Shown piece after piece: positions 11,975-25,367 of a stretch of 64,000 nucleotides of DNA. How positions within the stretch are numbered: position 1 is the stretch's first letter; the number at the start of each line of letters is the position of its first letter. Under the pieces are notes generated by a model, which ran no database searches, was not told the origin of the DNA, and worked only from the letters and a program-made list of their open reading frames with translations. The position numbers were made by a program, and so were the translations under genes. The stretch is from Laetmonice hystrix (Eukaryota), in the NCBI GenBank assembly GCA_965235115.1, contig OZ249436.1, positions 45,944,001 to 46,008,000 of the forward strand, written 5' to 3'.

Positions 11975-14394
11975 TACTACGCTTGGATTATGTATAATTT
12001 AAGTTCAGAAAAACTAAGCTTTTATAGTCCCCACCTTATACGCCGTTTACGGTACACATTTGTAATTTATAATACATGTTCCGGCACTTCCATAGGGCCC
12101 CATAGTTAACGTCACGTCACCCTGAAACGTGTACAAATCAAATCAGTCCGTATGGCACTCCCGTGCCATACGGCACCGCCGTGGCACCCCCTTGGACGGC
12201 ACTGGTAGAGGGCATGCGCATATAATAAATGTTAACATTGATGCATTATGTTTAGATTTACGGGGAAATGCCAGTGTATTTTTTAAAACTGTCACAGTGC
12301 AGATTTTGGTTTCTGTTATAAAAAACAGACATTGCGCAGTCACCCCTGGCAATAATTTCTGGTTTGAATAATACTGTGTAGTTTTCAGGCAACTTGCAAT
12401 TACATCTCAGTTTCTCTTCCTTTGTCTCGGCCATTGGAGAACCGATATAGATAATGTCAGACGACGTTAGTAGTATACGGCAGCTTCTGCTTGGTCAATT
12501 GAAGACACTGTAAGGGATGCCAATATATACACATATACATCGAAACCTAATCTCCGCTTTGAACCCTGTAACCATCAACGATATATCGATATATTTCTCG
12601 ATGATACAGTGTTATATTTGATGAGACAATTTCCATTTTTCCCCGCGAAGCCAAGGATACATTATACGAATACGGCAGCGAGACTGGTGGCGACGCCTGT
12701 TGGCTAAGTGTCACGACGGAACCTCATGGTCTATGGCGGCCTAATGTTTATATGTAATTAGTTTTGAGATCAATAACGCCTTCTGTATATGACGGATACA
12801 TTTCTTTGTCTCAATCCAATTATATTTAAAGGCATAAATCTTACCTTGATAATATTTAGACATAGATCTATAATAGACATGTAATATAAACTTAATTTCG
12901 ATATCTGTACTATCTTTTCGGCAATCATAAAATCAGCCAAGTTCCAATGCAAAGCCAAGGTAATATATAAGCAATGCCCCCCCCCCCCCCCAAAAAAAAA
13001 AAAAAAAACTCACTTGAATTTCAACTATTATTTTTTTAGACCAGTAGTAGACCAGTATCGATTGTTGAAACATATTTCAGTCGACTGTATTAACACCCGA
13101 AACCAACGTTTCTGTAAACGTCAGGATCCATCTCCGTCCATTAGTACCTACCTTCACTTGGAAGAAACAGTGTGTGCCGCCCGCACCATGAGAGTGGTGT
13201 ATATATCAAGTCCGACCAGAGGCTGTAATAAACGGCAGTCTCAAGTCGCCCAGGCAGTCTGGGTCGACTGGCTGATCGAGCTCCTCAACCACCGTCTACT
13301 GAGTGGGTCTACAAGGACGCCTGCCCAGAGCTGACCCGGGTCTCATCCATAGCCGAGCCGATCAGCACTGTCCCATCGGTACCATACTCCCTCTACAAGA
13401 TATGTTTTATACCCACCGGGTTAATTACAAAGGTAGTCCGTGGGAGTCGCTCTTGGTTGGTTGAGGAGATCCTGCTGTTTCAGTCCGAGCGATCAGCAGA
13501 TTCTTGCGGGGAGCTGCAGACACGTGCAAAAGGCAATCGAAACCTACGGAAGCGTGATATGTAACGGCAATGTTTCCGTAAAACTCGTGTGCCTGCCTTC
13601 CTGTTGGCGGGACATAGGGAGCGTGCTAACACCTCGATCTAAAGGTCTCCAGCGGGTGTTAGGCGCCAGTGATAGGCGCCAGTGATAGGCGCCAGGTCTC
13701 CGGGCTGACTGTTGTCTAAAGACCGTACATCTCCAGTCGTGGTGGCGCTGTATTCCGACCGGCCACAACTCTGGTGTCCGTTATTCGTGCTGGGCCTGCC
13801 GTGAGAGGACAGCCCGATGCTGTTTTCACGCGCGTCATACAGGAGCGTACCCCAACACGTGTGTTCGGGGGTAATACGCCGTCAGTACCGCCCCCGTGTG
13901 GCGGGCGGCAGGAACGCTCCTCTTGGCACCAGCCCCTTTCATGTCTGCAGCAGGCCTATGCACATGTGTGTGTTCCTCACGGGAATCAACACATCCTGTA
14001 TTTTTATCCCATTCATCCTGGGATGTCAAAAGGTGGACCTGCCTGTACATGCCGAGCAAGCCGCTTGTCTGGTTCGCTTTATTCCTATAATCTTGTTACC
14101 CCCTAGGGGGCGCAGTGAACCCTGACATCGGGCATTCAGACCTGTTTCATTCTACATCCCCAACCCCCAAGAGAACGGACCGACCATGAAAATTAGTCCC
14201 CACAAAGGTGGGTAGTCTCTGTGAACCATCACGTCTGTGTTTTAGGGCAACAATTTATTGGCCGGTCACACAGTTGAGCGATCCCATTCGTCACTTTGCA
14301 GTATTTAGCTGTGATCGGAGCGTTAAGGAATTATGTAGAATCAAGCGATGTGCCCCTGGTATAACTGAGTAAAATATATTATGTTGGAAATAGG

Positions 14395-14451
14395 TCTTCT
14401 TGTTCTTGTCGTTCTTCCTGTTCTTCTTCTTGTTCTTGTGCTTCTTCTTCC

Positions 14452-14503
<52 letters not shown>
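14395..14503. repeat. (CTT/GTT)n trinucleotide microsatellite
   Basis: Degenerate CTT run followed by a pure GTT run. Confidence 0.9.
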
Positions 14504-16195
14504 AAACTATATATTTTTAAAATGATAATGTTACCTAAATCAAGCCCCTAGACGTTACAACATTTTTGAATTATCAAACACTGAGCTGTCCCACTCTGAT
14601 TCCGTAAAAACGAGATCGAGAGAGAACCTACGTAAATCGAAGTTGGAAAACTTTTTTTTCAAGCAGGCTTCCTCCCAGCGACAAAAACACCACCCTCCTT
14701 CGAGAATAAATTATTTATTTCCCACCAGGCCCTCTGGTATTCTCATGATGTTACCCGCATGAACCTACAGTGTGAACACTGGTATATACAATAATGAGCA
14801 TGGGTTCTCAGAGATTGAGATCGTTTTAATATTCTGTCTAGAGAGCGAATTATTGTGTCCGTTCTCTATGTTGTTCGATAATAGATTGTCGACTGACGTT
14901 AAATAAAATAGGAATTCAGACCGGAGAACGAAAATGACTGATCGGCTAACCTCGCGGAGGTGTTCTCTCATTCTGTGAGCGTTTGCTATAAAACCTTCGT
15001 ACAACCGAGAGCTTCGATATTTTACTTTGTATTCTGTATGCTTAGATAGCCATATAAATATGAATGTTGCTCTAAGTGAGCGCACACGTAACAATTGATA
15101 TTTCCACACAAGGCAGACATTTTTCTTTGAGTTTAGAAATATGAAATCACCTCGGAAGTAACGAGCACTATAAGGGTGAAATTGAAGGACCGACTCACAT
15201 GTCGGTCTGACTCGCTATAAGGCCGCCCTTTGAAAGATGCTCGAAATGAATCTATCGTGTCAGGCCGTCGGTGTGTGGGTGTGTTGGGGAGGGGGGTTCG
15301 AGAGTTTAACCCTTTGGAGCCTCACCCTCTTCAATCTGTAGCTTTGACTTGTGAAACTCCCGCCTCCTTTCTGAAATTCGGGATTCGTCCATTCTATCCC
15401 TATATGCTATGACCTTCCATACCGACATCTGCCATGTTGGGTGTCAAGTCGCCTACAGAATCACAATATTCATAGTTATGGCAAATTGACATAATGGCAT
15501 GTCCCAGACAGACTGAGGCGAGCTGGCACGAACGGTTAGCATTATGTTTCATGTACATATGGTCATATTTCTGATAGATTATTAACCTTTTTATGCGAGG
15601 AAGCTTCATATACACAGCCTTTCCAGGATTGCATCCCGGCGCCAGCACAATGACCTATCCTATATATACGGTGTTAATCGCGAATGCAGCAGAAAGTAAT
15701 TTTTTGTTTTGCCAGTGTTTATTTATCTCTAATTTGTTTCACTTCGAGAGACCAGGATGGGATTTTCTACGTTAGCAATGGGCGACGAGTCGCGGGAGAA
15801 GGTCGTATATCTGAGATTACATCACAGATGTCGACAAAGTGGCCCAAGGATTTCATTTGTCCCCTCGCTGGTTGACATTGTGAACATCCATGGCCTTCCC
15901 CACGGGTCTTTCAGACAAATGGTAAGTTTTTTCTACGAACACTTCCCGCCTTCTGACCTTTTGAATGGTGCATGGGACAAGTTGTCTAGACAGGAAGTAC
16001 TGTATACCTTTAGCTATATGACGTCACTCATGACGCCATACCGGAGTTTTTAACGCGCCTCGTTGCTATAGGATCCCATTGCCCTGTTCTCAATAATTGT
16101 GGGGGTGATATCCAGCGTCGCTTTCCGCTGCATGGAAGCATCATGTTTCCACCTACGAATTCTCATCCGTTGTCGCTGAATTGAACTGTGGTTCA

Positions 16196-16320
16196 ATGCA
16201 TTGCATTTCCACTGCATTGGAGGCTCCCTGCATTGCAGGCTCACTGCATTGCAGGCTCACTGCATTGCAGGTTCACTGCATTGCAGGCTCACTGCATTGC
16301 AGGCTCACTACATTGGAGGT
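16196..16320. repeat. 16-bp minisatellite, about 7 units
   Basis: Unit cactgcattgcaggct. Confidence 0.9.
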
Positions 16321-17727
16321 TGCCTTCAATTCGCGCTCGTCCCTGACATGATCAGTATTATGTTGCATGAGCCCTCCAACCTTTCGACTCACGGCGTAGA
16401 TTAATCGGGGCTGCATTTGACTTCAACCTTGGCTTTACCTTTCAAGTCGTGCATTATTAGCTGCAGCAAATGGGAGTCAATTTGAGACTCGTTGCTCGTT
16501 TTTTTAGCTCATTATTTCCACGCTACTACGCGCCCTCTGGGGAGAGTATTATGACCCTACCGGGTTTACGGCATCGACACAACGAGTCATCCTATTGCTA
16601 TGAAGTGGCAAGGCTGTAGAAGATACTTATCAGGGGCGGGGAAGGTTTCGCAGATTAAAATTCTTTCCACCAAGGTTGTTTAAATCACGACCATCCAGTC
16701 TTCTCATGACCTTATTTTTTACAATATGTAAACGACCATTCCGTTGTATACCTTATCGATTTGAAGCAGTGACCGCCGAGCCCTGCCACCTTCATGAGAT
16801 GGATGGTGGTTTCAAACGGTATACTGTGTTGGCATTGACAACGTTGACAAACAACCCCGGGCAGCCATTATTGGCAGGACGGACGGCATTTCGTTAACAA
16901 TACTACCGATATTGACAGCAGTCATTTTGTGTGATCATAGAGAGGATCTAGGTCTTCCGATTAACTTTCTCAGACGTGCTATCAGAGAATATTCCTGTCC
17001 TTTTACTATCAGAGAATATTCCTGTCCTTTCCATAATGGAACCTTTTATTGGGCGGAGGCATCATCAATTGAACGACATGTATTGGTATGCCACGTATTT
17101 CATTACCAAGTAATGAAAACAGTCACTGGCCATACAAATAAGCAGGGGGATCACGCGGCCTGTGCTATACAGAATCTGCCTATAGCCTACTGTTGCTTGA
17201 TAAATATATTAGTTTTTAAAATCAAAGAAATGTTCCTTCGGCCCGCCCTCCGGAGATCAAGTGGTGCTGAATTTTTCCCCTCATTCAATGCGAAATTTAG
17301 AATTTCAGGGCGTTGGGTCCTCCGAGTGAGTACCAAAAAGGTTATACAGACTATGAGTGAGGGCAGAGTGTTAAAACATTTCACCTGGACCAGCATCAGG
17401 GCAACTCTTCCCGCTGATCACCCCACAGGTATACCTCGGGACCCAGCCTGCCTGACAGAGTCCGTGGCCTGAAATAAATCCTCATAGCGAGACCTGATTG
17501 TGGACTTCCGGGCGGAACGTGTACACAATCTGATCTGTCCTTTATTCTTTGTGTGTTGCGAACTGGCGTTTTCTGTAAAGTCGGGGCATGATGACAGGTC
17601 GGAGCAAGTTCAATAACTGTCTCAATAACAAAATACCTCCAGACAAACAAGATTTGCATGCGCATACAATACATGTGTTTAGTTTCAGACATGGAAATCG
17701 TAGATGTTTCCAAATCCGGCCCGATTT

Positions 17728-17853
17728 AAATAATCGCGCGACACTCGTACGATTATTGTCAACGGTTTGAATATAAATAATCGCACGACACTCGTACGAT
17801 TATTGTCAAAGGTTTGAATATAAATAATCGCACGACACTCGTACGATTATTGT
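17728..17853. repeat. About 47-bp tandem repeat, about 2.7 units
   Basis: aaataatcgcacgacactcgtacgattattgtc occurs three times. Confidence 0.85.
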
Positions 17854-18003
17854 CGTGCGTGTTTCTAGGCGATTCCTGTTCCTGCACGAGTAAAACACTA
17901 CGAGTCAACATTCTGAAAATCGTGCGACTAACGCGTTAATAATTGACCGTCCGAACCATTTTTTGTTGTGGGGCTGGTCACCCAGAGTAAAATGTCCAGG
18001 AAT

Positions 18004-18071
18004 CTCTGTCTTTCTCTGTCTCTCTCTGTCTCTCTCTCCCTCTCTCTCTCTGATCTCTCTCTCTCTCTGTC

Positions 18072-18104
<33 letters not shown>

Positions 18105-18133
18105 GTCTGTCTCTCTCTCTCTCTCTCTCTGTC

Positions 18134-18196
<63 letters not shown>
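18004..18196. repeat. (CT)n/(CTGT)n microsatellite
   Basis: Direct inspection. Confidence 0.95.
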
Positions 18197-18200
<4 letters not shown>

Positions 18201-18636
18201 GATTTAGTTTGATTAATTTTGCAGGCACAAATATGCTGTCATGCGATTAATTGCAATTCAATATCAATTTCCAAATTCAAATTACCTGTTATTATTTCTC
18301 GCATCATTCGAGAGGGAGTGATACTACTTGATTCAAATAACGTCATAATACGTATACACACACGGCAAGATTCTCCCCAGCTATTTCTTCGCCCGATAAT
18401 TATGAGATAAAAACAATGTCAGGTTGAAATGTTTAGTGGCGAGGCATTCATCAAGGAAAGCGCCGTATCTTGTGCAGTCAAAACTCATTTGATATTCATT
18501 GCGGCCAATCGTGTTAATCACCATATCGAAATGGGAATTGGAGCCTGCGGACAATAACACTGATTCCATTCGGCCATCGTTTGCTAGAACGAAGTATCAG
18601 AAAAAGATGGCACGTTGAGGGAAAACCATCCCAAGT

Positions 18637-18836
18637 CATGGGTGATGTTCATGGGTGATGTTCTTGGGTGATGTTCATGGGTGATGTTCATGGGTGATGT
18701 TCATGGGTGATGTTCATGGGTGATGTTCATGGGTGATGTTCATGGGTGATGTTCATGGGTGATGTTCATGGGTGATGTTCATGGGTGATGTTCATGGGTG
18801 ATGTTCATGGGTGATGTTCATGGGTGATGTTCATGG
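18637..18836. repeat. 13-bp minisatellite, about 15 units
   Basis: Unit catgggtgatgtt. Confidence 0.95.
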
Positions 18837-18927
18837 TAATTTGACAGACCGCGACCCGACTTCATGCCCTCCTTGGTGCAAATCCTGAAATGGCTGAATT
18901 ATTATGTTCCTACCCCTGGGGCAAATC

Positions 18928-19008
18928 GGTAGCCTGCACCGTATGGTGGCCTGCACCGTATGGTGGCCTGCACCGTATGGTGGCCTGCACCGTATGGTGG
19001 CCTGCACC
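18928..19008. repeat. 17-bp tandem repeat, about 4.5 units
   Basis: Unit ggtggcctgcaccgtat. Confidence 0.9.
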
Positions 19009-20833
19009 ATGTGCCTTACGCTAGGATCGACAATTTATGTTTTAATGACATGAGAAGGTGGTATAGTGATAACATTATCCCACCGTTACTCGTTGAAATT
19101 GGAAACCGTTGGAAAGAGGTGGTTGAAGGGAGCCCGGGGCACGATGATGGCCTTTAGACACTGGTAACCTCAGGTCTTCAGGACAGATTCTATGGCTGCA
19201 ATTGCTATTGTCATTAAATAATGATAAAAAGTAATTGCTGTCCCCAGCTATAGTCAATCGGCTATTTAAATAAAACGTTTCTCAGGAAATGCTGTAATCA
19301 AAATATATATTTTCCAATGGTCATACAGTGTGAATAGTTTGAGTTAATCTCAAAGTCCTTTACTGACTTTATTTTAAAACTATGGCAGAAGTTTAAACTT
19401 ACTATCTGTTCATTATAAATCTCCATAAAAAATATTGTCACTTATGTCAGTGTGGTTGTGTATTAGTTTGATCCCAGACTAATTATAAAAAGTGCATGCT
19501 ACCATTGTCCATCTATCTAGCACCCCACTATACAATTAAAAGTCCCTGTTTTTGACAAGTATTCATCATGTACTCTGGCTGTATATCACGAAGAATCGAC
19601 AAATAAAATTGGTGCATGCAGTAAATTCCTGGCTTCAAGGAAGCCACAACCGCATGGATGGTATAATACACACACGGGCGTAGCTCTCTCATATATTTAG
19701 ATGACTTAAAATATATACATGAGCTGATATTATTCTCTTTTTTTTTGACGGGCGGATAAAACGACTGCATACTGTTTAGAACCCAAAAATAAAGCTCTAA
19801 AGATCATTACATTGGTAGATTATAATGCCAAATACTTGGGGAAGATCAGGAGAGGGTTATGGGTAAACTCCGCCGGCAGTGATCAGTAGCTGATGGCTAT
19901 AAACCTTGATGAACCAGGTATAGGGCCGCTTATAGGCCTACAGTCAGGATGGTTTTTTTTTCTTTCGCGAAAGAATGAAATTGTTGTACGGACCTTTTTC
20001 GTTGCTACTGCCGGACGAAAAATGTCTCACTAAGGAAAGTAGGACATTTTTCGCAGGCAGTATACGAAGGCTAGAGCTTCATCACTTTGTGTTATAACGG
20101 TTGTTCAAACAACCCCTCGGCTGGAGAGTACCCGTGTAAGTGATGATCTGTGGCACCACGTTGTGATCTGATAATAGTCAGGTCAGCAGTCAGGGGCCGG
20201 TCTCAGATTGACACGACATGCCCAATCAAACTGATGCCATTAAACTCCGAGCCCATGTACCACACTGAATGAATACCCGCCCAGTGCGGCGAGAAGCCGT
20301 ATCGCTCTGTGTATTGGGCTGTCACAACCTGTTTGCTGACATTATTTTCCTGTTGTCGGCCCCGAGAACTGATTCGTTCTATGTTGGACTGTCATTTTTG
20401 TTCAGTGTCGAGAGCGTTTTCGTAAAACCCAATACCTCATCTCAATCGCCATCCTGTGTTAGCGTCTTTGAAATACCTACAGCCCCTGATCGAATTAGGT
20501 TTCGGTTAAAGTTTGCTGTATTTAGAGTCCCACAAGGAATCAAATTGACTTTTTTTGAAGTTACCAAACTTGCTTGGTATTTCAGGACAATTATCCGAAA
20601 ACTTTGTTATTTTCGCCAGTCAAGCAACATGACAGGCCAGGCTATACAATATAAAAATTTGACCGCTGGCTTGCTGGCAGGTGTAACAGATTTCCAAGTT
20701 CCCCTGGAATGCGTTCCGTATGGACCACCATATGACGACCCCCTAAATGGAACTGGCAGATAGATTCCATTCCGACGGACTTACATGTCGTTCATACCTT
20801 CCGGCCGGCTTGGTGGATACGGTCCTTCCCTAA

Positions 20834-22284
20834 CACTCACTCATTCACTCACTCACTCACTCCCCTAAATCCTCACCTCCATCCTTACTCACTCACTCAC
20901 TCACTCCACTAAATCCTCACCTCCATCCTTACTCACTCACTCACTCACTCCACTAAATCCTCACCTCCATCCTTACTCACTCATCCACTCACTCCACTAA
21001 ATCCTCACCTCCATCCTTACTCACTCACTCACTCCACTAAATCCTCACCTCCATCCTTACTCACTCACTCACTCACTCCCCTAAATCCTCACTCATCTTA
21101 ATCCTGACTCACTCCCCTAAATCCTCACTCACCTCAATCCTCACTCACTCACTCACTCCACTAAATCCTCACTCACCTCAATCCTCACTCACTCACTCAC
21201 TCCACTAAATCCTCACTCACCTCAATCCTCACTCATTCACTCACTCACTCACTCCACTAAATCCTCACTCACCTCAATCCTCACTCACTCACTCACTCAC
21301 TCCACTAAATCCTCACTCACCTCAATCCTCACCCACTCACTCACTCACTCCACTCAATCCTCACTCACCTCAATCCTCACTCACTCACTCACTCCACTAA
21401 ATCCTCACTCACCTCAATCCTCACTCACTCACTCACTCCCCTAAATCCTCACTCACCTCAATCCTCACTCACTCACTCCCCTAAATCCTCACTCACCTCA
21501 ATCCTCACTCACTCACTCACTCCCCTAAATCCTAACTCACCTCAATCCTCACTCACTCACTCACTCCCCTAAATCCTAACTCACCTCAATCCTCACTCAC
21601 TCACTCACTCACTCACTCCACTAAATCCTCACTCACCTCAATCCTCACTCCATCACTCACTCCCCTAAATCCTAACTCACCTCAATCCTCACTCACTCAC
21701 TCACTCACTCACTCCACTAAATCCTCACTCATCTCAATCCTCACTTACTCACTCCATTAAATCCTCACCTCAATCCTCACTCACTCACTCACTCCCCTAA
21801 ATCCTCACTCACCTCAATCCTCACTCACTCACGCCACTAAATCCTCACTTACCTCAACCCTCACTCACTCACTCACTCCACTAAATCCTCACCTCAATCC
21901 TCACTCACTCACTCACTCACTCCACTAAATCCTCACCTCAATCCTCACTCACTCACTCACTCCCCTAAATCCTCACTCACCTCAATCCTCACTCACTCAC
22001 TCCCCTAAATCCTCACTCACCTCAATCCTCACTCACTCACTCCCCTAAATCCTCACTCACCTCAATCCTCACTCACTCACTCACTCACTCCACTAAATCC
22101 TCACCTCAATCCTCACTCACTCACTCACTCCCCTAAATCCTCACTCACCTCAATCCTCACTCACTCACTCCCCTAAATCCTCACTCACCTCAATCCTCAC
22201 TCACTCACTCCCCTAAATCCTCACTCACCTCAATCCTCACCCACTTACTCACTCCCCCACTCATTCACTCACTCACTCACTCAC
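20834..22284. repeat. Compound (ACTC)n-based minisatellite with about 35-48 bp units
   Basis: Unit ctaaatcctcactcacctcaatcctc(actc)n-cc/ca; the plus strand has almost no G. Confidence 0.95.
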
Positions 22285-23314
22285 CAGTTAATGGCGAGAG
22301 AATCAAAAGATGTTAAAAAAGCACGAGTTCCGCAGAGGAAAGCCAACTTAAACTGTCCAATTGCCGGTGAGGGATGTACCCGTTTGGCCGCCCCTTGTCA
22401 CCAAGCCGCGTCCATGATAAATAGTTAAACATTAACGACACGCGGCAACCGCTTGATTGGTGGACATACAGTGGTCTGGGCATGCGCAGATCCAATTAGT
22501 GCTCTCAGTTTGGGAGGGGGTGGGGGTACCCCAGGTGGCTCAGGACGTTTCGCCAGGCTGGTCTGCCAAGGTTACACATTTCTCCCGCCTCCAGACTCTG
22601 GACCCCATAACGTTTCACGGTTACACATTAATTACTTCATTCAGACAACGTAATTGTGGCATTTATTGCCGTGGGGTAAATGCTGGTGTTTCATTTGGTC
22701 TACGAAACCTTATATGCCGTGTGGGTTTCCCCTCCCTTTAACCGGGCTCAGCAGCACCCCCCCCCCCCCCCCCGTTATTTCCACAAAAGCGCCCTTTTGA
22801 CAGAAAATATCCCTCGGCCATGTTTGACGATTGGCTGTAGCTCCCAGACACGATCCTTCCGGAACTCTCCGGAATAAATCAGGCGACACAATTTTTGTTG
22901 TTTTCTCGCTTTCCTTCCAGCAGAGTTAATTACAACTGAGCCTTTCGCTCCTGTGTCATGATGTAGTTTGTGTTATATCGGCACCACACCTCCACCTCTT
23001 TCCATTCCGTGTATTTTTCACACAGATTTATTAAAGTAAAGTGGAACATTACAGCGATGGTTCAGACTTGTTGTTGACAAGGTGATAAACCGATATAATG
23101 TGGAATCTATTAATGCTTTCAATTTGATTATAAATTCGATGTTGTCCCTTGACGTAATGATTAACGGGTCCGACTGGGAATGCAATACGATTATCTTTAA
23201 ATACCAGCTTGTGCTGCCACACAGGTTACCCGTTTATTATTTAAGCTATCTGTCTGACTTTTTACATTATTCATGGTAATCCATGGGTTAATCCATGGTT
23301 TAATCCATGGGTTA

Positions 23315-23430
23315 TTAAGTAAAACAACAGGCTTCTGATTGACTGGTCTAAGCAGACCAGCCAATCAGAAGCCTGTCAGTTTACTTAAGTAAGCTTTACT
23401 CCAGTTGAGAAGGTTTGAAAAACTGGGCCC
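23315..23430. mobile_element. PIF/Harbinger-like palindromic MITE fragment
   Basis: Central palindrome acaggcttctgattg.ctggtct/agaccagccaatcagaagcctgt; ends ...TTTGAAAAACTGGGCCC; second copy in the opposite orientation at 33098-33228. Confidence 0.65.
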
Positions 23431-24667
23431 TGATGTCCAGTCCCGGTCCTGATGTCCAGTACCGGTCAGAGAGTTGATGTTTGCGGATAGATCCGATCAC
23501 TACCAAGAAATATTAAATGGAAAATGCTAATCATTCAATGAAATTACTTGTGTAGGCTATACGACTGGGATATACCAACTGCAGTTCCGCACAACGCGTC
23601 TATAGTGAACGGTCCTGTAACAAAATAATTTGATCCCCAATGGCTTTCACCAATGACCGAGAAAATCGCATCACAAGGGTTTCATACCCCCAGACACCCG
23701 CGACCCTGCCCTCCGCTGGGAAATCCACCGGCCGGTCATGTGAAGGCCAGGATAGATGCCGAGAGAGTATACAACCACCAATCACACGTTATGACGATAT
23801 TATTATGTTGTGGTTAAAGTGATCTATGTTCATGGAGTGTGGGTTAATATGCCATACGTCTTCGTGTTGTCTCCTGCACCGAATACAGATGTCTTTTATT
23901 TACACTTTGACCCGAGGCATGCCATGGCCCGGTGTTGGCATTATTGTGTCCTTATACGGTTCTTAAAGGTAATATGTCACGAATTTCAAATAATACGTCG
24001 TGTTTCAGCAAAAATATGTCTGCATTGCGGTTCTCCGATATGCCCCAAAGGTCCTCTACCTGTTTATGTAGCTTTGGCCGGTATTTTGTAAAAAAAAATC
24101 GCCAATTCTTAATGCGGTCACTGAAAATGACACACTTAGGTTCCGAAACTCCGAGATTTGCAGCCGGCTGTGTTTTGCACCCTTTTCACACGATCGGCGG
24201 ATGGGCCATTATAGTCCCACTATCATTTTATAGATTTGTTATTTACTTATTTATTTATTTATGTGTTAATATATTTATTTGTTCTTTACTTAGATGGCGG
24301 ATTCATCGCACTTTGCGGACGCTGCAGCTAGTTTTATTCATTTTTCTACATTAGGGAGAATTTCACAGCTGTCTACTCGTAGTACAGAATCAATATGAAA
24401 AACAATCAGCGCCATAAAGTACGTCAGTGGTGAGCAGGTAAGCAGAAAGATTTCGGTCGCTACCGCCCGTGACATAGTTCCTTAGTTTAACATCCAGATC
24501 TTACTCAGGAGATTTACAGTCGTAGCGTCCTGCTTGACACATGTTGCATAATACCCATGACGTAAACAAGAACATCTAACCTCTAGCAAGTAATCTAGGT
24601 AAGAGCACCCGGAATTACATTCTGATTTATATATGTGATATATACACTGCCTGTGGAGGACCCTTCG

Positions 24668-24670
<3 letters not shown>

Positions 24671-24719
<49 letters not shown>

Positions 24720-24846
24720 CCCCCTCTCTGTCTGTCTCACTCTCTCTCTCCTCTCTCTGTCTGTCTGTCTCCTCTGTCTGTCTGTCTCTCTCTGTCTGCC
24801 TGTCTGTCTCTCTATCTCTGTCTCTCTCTGTCTGTCTCTCTCTGTC

Positions 24847-24931
<85 letters not shown>
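24671..24931. repeat. (CT)n/(CTGT)n microsatellite
   Basis: Direct inspection. Confidence 0.95.
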
Positions 24932-24936
<5 letters not shown>

Positions 24937-25367
24937 CCACCCTCCCCTTATTTGTTAACATGAATTTCAGTTTTCATTGAAACAGCAATTTAAATATGAC
25001 ATTTTTTACCCCCAGGCTGATTGAAGAGTGAGTAGGGTATCTTAAACTCGCCAGATATGTCAGCAGAAATCAATGGGAATCGGAACCTGTGCCAGTGGTC
25101 TGACGGTTGCCATGCCGAACACGATATCATGAAACTCAGCTTCATTTCCCTTATCGGCAGGCCCTATTCTGTTCGGAGGCACCTGACAACTAAATCTTGG
25201 CTACGATTTATCGCGCTTGCTCCTAGAATATTAATATTTGTCTATCAAATAATAGACTTCCGATGATCTCAGCCCGTCTGCTCTAGGATCATTTGTTTCT
25301 GATGAAAACTAAATTTGGCATGGACGAGGATTCTGCTCGGATTGACCCTGGCTTGTATCCGTACCGA

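Noticed and set aside
16912..20763. Longest non-repeat ORFs (186 aa at 16912-17472; 164 aa at 20269-20763)
   Set aside because: No recognisable domain or exon structure; their lengths are compatible with chance.
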